Assembly (NCBI GenBank): GCA_021498095.1
Contig: JAIZWK010000001.1
Span: forward strand, 3,090,001 to 3,122,000
Length of the DNA: 32,000 bases
Reading direction: 5' to 3'
Source of the DNA: Candidatus Harpocratesius repetitus
GTDB taxonomy: Archaea; Asgardarchaeota; Lokiarchaeia; Sigyniarchaeales; Promethearchaeaceae
The position numbers and the translations under genes were made by a program. The notes under the pieces were generated by a model, which worked only from the letters and a program-made list of their open reading frames with translations, ran no database searches and had not been told where the DNA came from. Positions 27,934 through 32,000 of this stretch are shown here, one piece after another. The stretch's first letter is position 1. Each line of letters begins with the position of its first letter.

Positions 27934-29160
27934 TTATAAATGAAAGGGAGAAACGCGCATGTGGGCAGATTTTTCAATCAATGCAAGAGTGTTATCAACC
28001 AAATCTTTGTTAAACTTTTTATAAAGCACTTTTTTCACTTCTAAAAATGAAGGATGGAAATTAAATTGATAAAGTTTTAATTTTTTTCCGTTATTGGTAT
28101 CGTTTTTTTGCTCACTTTTTATTTCATTTTGTTCTTTTCGAATGTTTTGATCTCTCTGATTGTTTTGATTGTTCTGACTGTTCTGACTGTTCTGACTGTT
28201 CTGAATGTCTTGAATGTCCTGATTATTTTGATTATTTTGATTATTCTGATTATTCTGATTATTTTGATTATTCTGATTATTCTGATTTTTTTGATCACTC
28301 TGATTATTCTGATCTTTCATCATAAAATAATTCTCAACTATCATTAATATTTCATCCACATTCTGAAATCCTCCTAAAAGTGAATCTTTATCTAAATTTG
28401 ATGGAAATATATCAGGATCTGCATATTTATTACGAATCCAATCAGGAATCTCTAAATATTTTGCTAATTGCTCCACTTGCGTTCGATATAAATGCATAAT
28501 AGGCATTACATCAGCACAATGATCAACACCCCATTTAGAAAATGTTCCAGTAAGCCACTCTGTGCGATTTGCTGCTCCTACCACTAATAAATTACCTAAT
28601 TCTGCAAGTTGATACAATTTTACCATTCGTAACCGATGTTTACTTATAGCATAAGCATTACCCTTAGCAATCCATTTATTTTTTGGAGGTTCGAGTCTAT
28701 TTTGGAGTAAATGATCCCCATGATTGTTCAAAAAATGATATTTTCCATAATCCACTGCACGATTACGTAAATATCTTGTAGGGATAAATCTTAATGGTAG
28801 TATTCTATATATACCTGCTGCCCGCACCATTCGAGTAATATTTATTCGTTTAAATTGAATGCCTAAAATTTGTGCAAACCTTTTGGCATGCTTTTGATGA
28901 ATTGGTTTACTATCAAATTCTGGCAAATTTATTCCCAATACAGTCTCTTTTCCTAAAGCTCGCACAGCCAAAGAAGCTGTAACTGCTGAATCCAATCCAC
29001 CACTTAAACCTATTATTGCCCCATCTCGATTTAATCTGTAATATACAAATTTAATTAAATCTTCAATTTTTTCACAAACTAATTTAGGATTAATTATTTT
29101 TGGCTCACGAGAAAGATTTTTATCAGGCAATATTCTAATTACGTTTCTATAATTATTCAT
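27934..29160 (-). CDS. nadE: NH3-dependent NAD+ synthetase (divergent) with a Gln/Asn repeat insertion
   Basis: PP-loop IGLSGGLDS, RLRMVKLY, VVGAANRTE, GTFSKWG, ADVMPI, LYRTQV-QLAKYL-IP, C-terminal SAHMR-P. Confidence 0.82.
   Translation of the reverse strand: MNNYRNVIRILPDKNLSREPKIINPKLVCEKIEDLIKFVYYRLNRDGAIIGLSGGLDSAVTASLAVRALGKETVLGINLPEFDSKPIHQKHAKRFAQILGIQFKRINITRMVRAAGIYRILPLRFIPTRYLRNRAVDYGKYHFLNNHGDHLLQNRLEPPKNKWIAKGNAYAISKHRLRMVKLYQLAELGNLLVVGAANRTEWLTGTFSKWGVDHCADVMPIMHLYRTQVEQLAKYLEIPDWIRNKYADPDIFPSNLDKDSLLGGFQNVDEILMIVENYFMMKDQNNQSDQKNQNNQNNQNNQNNQNNQNNQNNQDIQDIQNSQNSQNSQNNQNNQRDQNIRKEQNEIKSEQKNDTNNGKKLKLYQFNFHPSFLEVKKVLYKKFNKDLVDNTLALIEKSAHMRVSPFHL
28141..28311 (-). repeat. 19 x 9-bp in-frame tandem repeat encoding Q-x-x triplets
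   Basis: Units in order: QNN, QSD, QKN, 7xQNN, 2xQDI, 3xQNS, 2xQNN, QRD, QNI. Confidence 0.95.
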
Positions 29161-29427
29161 TTTTCACTAATCAATTTATAATTTAGAAGTATGTTAATGT
29201 TTTGTTGGTAAAAGGTAAAACATAAAAAAGAAATGAATTTAGATGGTATATTTCAGATCAGATCAGCAAAGTTCTAAAAGATAGGAAGTAGAAAGTAATA
29301 ATTTTTAATAACTAGCTTTAATGATGAAATACAAATGAAAATAAATAAAAAGCCTTAAAGGTTTATTCAAAAAAAATAAAATACTCGCTAAAAATGAGCA
29401 TTACCCCCATTAGTTACAATTTTTACT

Positions 29428-30666
29428 TCATAAATAAATATCATAACCCTTTTTTGTTTTTACTTTAGGTCTTTCTAACTGCACTATTTCCCGAAAACAT
29501 TCACGCCATTTCTCCGGCATTTTTGGAATCCAAGACTCCACGTACTTCAGATACTCGACCCGCTCTCTGGTCCATTCCCGCTCATGTTTCCAAAAATTCT
29601 TCTTGCATGTTTCATATCTATCCTTATATTTTTCATATATTGCCTCAATGCGCTTCTTTCGATTTATAGAAATATCCACACAATCCCAAAAAGGAAGGGG
29701 CAGATAGGTTAAATCAGGAATTTTCGGACAACGAATTATTTGAATGTAAATACGCGGCTTGTAGGTTAATTCAATCGGTAGCTCTTCCATATCTTCCATA
29801 TCATAAATTTCAAGATCTTCTAAATTTATGCAATAAGCCCAATTGGATGGAATCTTGAATGGGGGCTTTTCAGTGGTTTTTCCATCGGCAGAAATTTTAT
29901 TAGCAGAAATTTGGTTAGGGTTGTATGCAAGCAAGTTTTCAAGAATTATTTTTCTTAAATAAAAAGAGGATGAGAAATTAATATTCCAATCAATCAGATT
30001 AATCTTGTAAAAAGTAACTTCTTCTAAATATTGATAATTGGAACCATTGGTGGGTATAGTAAGCAGCTTAGGGCAAGAGGCAAGCCTCAAAGTTTTCAAT
30101 TTGGGAGGCCAACCTGTGATATGCTCCAAATCGCAATGATTTAAGCTCAATTTGGTGCAATTCTCGAATATAGAAAAATCTACAGATTTCTGCGGAAATT
30201 TGCATTCATAAAACGATAAAGAATTTATATGATTTATTCTAGGAATTTTGGAAAAATCAATGGTTTCGCGGTTAAAACCCCTTGGAATAAAGATAAGATC
30301 AACATGCTCGCTCTGAGAAAAATCAATATCCATGTTTTCTATATGTAGGCCGCGGACCACAAATTCTTTCAAAAATCGATACTGCGAAGGATCTTCAGGA
30401 ATACGCTTCAAATTAGGGGATTTATATATATTAATTTTTTCAATTTTGGGCGGCCATGCTATAATTTCCTCCAAGTCGCACCCCCCGATAATTATTTCTC
30501 TTAAATCAATCAAATGAGAAAGATCTACCTTTTTTGGATTGAATCTGCAGCCGGTAAAATATCTTCTAAGGAATTTGCGATTATTTATAATTTTAGCGCT
30601 GTCTATTTCAATATTTTCGATGAATTCACCATCAAGTTGATCATGATGCATTTTTTTATCCTTCAT
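29428..30666 (-). CDS. Leucine-rich-repeat-like protein with an internal 115-aa duplication
   Basis: LxxLxLxxCxxLxxIP/LP patterns (LKTLRLASCPKLLTIP, LEDLEIYDMEDMEELP). Duplicated CDLE-x4-WPPK at aa 63-74 and 178-189. Confidence 0.72.
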   Translation of the reverse strand: MKDKKMHHDQLDGEFIENIEIDSAKIINNRKFLRRYFTGCRFNPKKVDLSHLIDLREIIIGGCDLEEIIAWPPKIEKINIYKSPNLKRIPEDPSQYRFLKEFVVRGLHIENMDIDFSQSEHVDLIFIPRGFNRETIDFSKIPRINHINSLSFYECKFPQKSVDFSIFENCTKLSLNHCDLEHITGWPPKLKTLRLASCPKLLTIPTNGSNYQYLEEVTFYKINLIDWNINFSSSFYLRKIILENLLAYNPNQISANKISADGKTTEKPPFKIPSNWAYCINLEDLEIYDMEDMEELPIELTYKPRIYIQIIRCPKIPDLTYLPLPFWDCVDISINRKKRIEAIYEKYKDRYETCKKNFWKHEREWTRERVEYLKYVESWIPKMPEKWRECFREIVQLERPKVKTKKGYDIYL

Positions 30667-30865
30667 TTCTATTTTTTTATTTTTTTATTTTTTTATTTTC
30701 GTTTTTTGTTTTTCTTTTTTTTTTGATATTGATTTGTGCTCCTTATTTTATTACTTTCTCTATTTTCTCTATTTTCTTTTTTTTTAACTAAATAAATTAA
30801 AAAAACTACAGCAAAATAAAGGTTATGATGGTTATGATGGTTATAATGACAATGATGGCATTGAT
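30667..30865. repeat. Intergenic simple-sequence region: poly-T/T7-8A tracts, 9-bp duplication and five degenerate 9-bp units
   Basis: T-tracts at 30667-30724; ctctatttt x2 near 30757-30775; ggttatgat ggttatgat ggttataat gacaatgat ggcattgat at 30821-30865. Confidence 0.7.
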
Positions 30866-30867
30866 GA

Positions 30868-32000
30868 CTATGACGCTTCTACAAACGCCCTTAATTTGCT
30901 GATGAACGCCTCAAATTCCTGCATGAAAATGCGGTATTCAAGAATATTGACCAAATCATCTGCATCAGAAAAGCCGTAAAGTGCCTTAAATTCTTCAATG
31001 TAGTAGGCACGGATATTCTCATAATTGGCTAAATAAGTGCGGTAGACTTTCTGCCGATTTTTTTGGAATGGGGCGACAGCAGGGTCAAGATCTGGTGTTT
31101 CAATTTTTTCAAGAATTTTCTTCTTAATTTCATCAAATTGAATATTGCCATCTGCATCGAGAGTGGGGATCCAGTATGATTTATATTCTCCAATTACTCC
31201 AAATCTTTTTAAGAGATCTCCAAGATTTCTTTGTTCAAAACCATAATAAAGTGTTTTATAACGGTGGGCGATTCTCTCCTGTCTTAACCATTCAGCGCCT
31301 TTGATAATCACCTCTCGGACACTTAAACCAATATTCTGCGGGTCATTTCGCATTCTGAAAAAAAGCGGCTCCTGCTTAGGCGTTATTGAAATAAAATAAT
31401 TACTAATTGAATCATCGTCATTATATTTGGCATTTGGATTATATTCAATCCATTCAGGAAGATTTTCTTTATTATTAAAGAAATTCTTAAAACCTTCAGA
31501 AAATGCTGTAGGATTTGTATGTATATGGATTGTTGTGAGTTCATTTAACAAATTGATTCCTGATCGCTCACATAAACTATTATAATAATCTTGTTTAGAA
31601 CCTCCATCATACGAAAAGAAAAGAAATTCGGGTTGCACAAAAACAATTTTTCTGTTATTGCCCTCTTCGACAATTCTAATGGAATTACTAACGGTCAACC
31701 AATCCACCCTCTGCCAAATTAATCCATTGGGATTTTCTTTTATTTGGTCTTCAGCTGCACTTACTGAGTCGGTAAAAGTAACAAATTGATTTATGGTTGG
31801 ATCCCAAAGCCCGTAGATTGTATACTGAGGCTCAAAAAGCGAAAATGGCAGCCGAACGCCGTCCTCGTAGGTAGCCACCATTGCGTATTTTTCGGTGCCG
31901 TCGGGCAGTCTAACGGTGAGCATGTCTGAAGTAATAAAAACTTCTGGTTTTGAATCCTGTCCTTTTAAAAACGGCTTTCCGTATTGAATGTACGAGGCTG
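30868..32000 (-). CDS. 3' portion of an unknown, probably larger protein (at least 376 aa; N-terminus outside the window)
   Basis: The frame stays open upstream of ATG 31923 (ASYIQYGKPFLKGQDSKPEVFITSD-M) to the window edge. Locally GC-rich. Confidence 0.75.
   Translation of the reverse strand, partial: ASYIQYGKPFLKGQDSKPEVFITSDMLTVRLPDGTEKYAMVATYEDGVRLPFSLFEPQYTIYGLWDPTINQFVTFTDSVSAAEDQIKENPNGLIWQRVDWLTVSNSIRIVEEGNNRKIVFVQPEFLFFSYDGGSKQDYYNSLCERSGINLLNELTTIHIHTNPTAFSEGFKNFFNNKENLPEWIEYNPNAKYNDDDSISNYFISITPKQEPLFFRMRNDPQNIGLSVREVIIKGAEWLRQERIAHRYKTLYYGFEQRNLGDLLKRFGVIGEYKSYWIPTLDADGNIQFDEIKKKILEKIETPDLDPAVAPFQKNRQKVYRTYLANYENIRAYYIEEFKALYGFSDADDLVNILEYRIFMQEFEAFISKLRAFVEAS

Noticed and set aside
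27825-27977. Lys-rich N-terminal extension of the hydrolase predicted by the ORF track
   Set aside because: It overlaps the nadE 3' end and its A/T-rich downstream region; probably an over-extended start.
28141-28311. Possible CRISPR array
   Set aside because: Contiguous 9-bp units without unique spacers, in frame within a gene.
28108-28347. 79-aa plus-strand ORF resembling a hydrophobic membrane peptide (IILIILIIL)
   Set aside because: It is the antisense reading of the nadE 9-bp repeat.
10584-29430. Selenocysteine or pyrrolysine recoding at TGA/TAG stops
   Set aside because: Proteins ending in TGA or TAG appear complete, and no homologous continuation or structured SECIS-like element was evident.
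30514-30726. 70-aa ORF ending in poly-Phe
   Set aside because: Antisense to the LRR gene; the Phe run comes from intergenic poly-T.
30797-30880. His-rich frame (HSHQCHHCHYNHHNHHN) on the minus strand and GYD-repeat frame on the plus strand across the 9-bp repeats
   Set aside because: Both frames have in-frame stops upstream and no start codon; readthrough of the TAG at 30868 gives only eight more residues.

Overview
AT-rich archaeal chromosomal segment (one coding line counted at 2461-2520 is 17/60 G+C). It is most consistent with an Asgard archaeon of the Lokiarchaeia/Promethearchaeota type; this is an inference from the archaeal-type FolP and CofE, the gyrase, oligo-T terminators, and the LRR and Cys/His domains. 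From left to right: (1) four hypothetical genes, one truncated by the window edge and missed by the ORF track; (2) a minus-strand block folP - cofE-like ligase - N6-adenine-type methyltransferase - MazG/dCTPase - purC - purL (PurS-PurS-PurL fusion) - purQ - purF; (3) gyrB-gyrA; (4) an M29 aminopeptidase and a 7TM-Zn-PAS histidine kinase; (5) a putative lipid-processing neighbourhood with a membrane-anchored trinuclear-Zn phospholipase C, an MFS transporter, a KDSR-like SDR, a small membrane protein and a monoacylglycerol lipase-like hydrolase; (6) nadE with a 19 x 9-bp Gln/Asn repeat insertion; (7) an LRR gene, simple-sequence tracts and the 3' part of a GC-richer unknown gene. No rRNA, tRNA, CRISPR array or transposase was seen. 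The best candidates for something undescribed are the folP-cofE pair (a possible FolC-independent pteroate glutamylation route), the KDSR-like reductase with its lipid-enzyme neighbours, and the recurrent repeat-driven low-complexity insertions in housekeeping enzymes.
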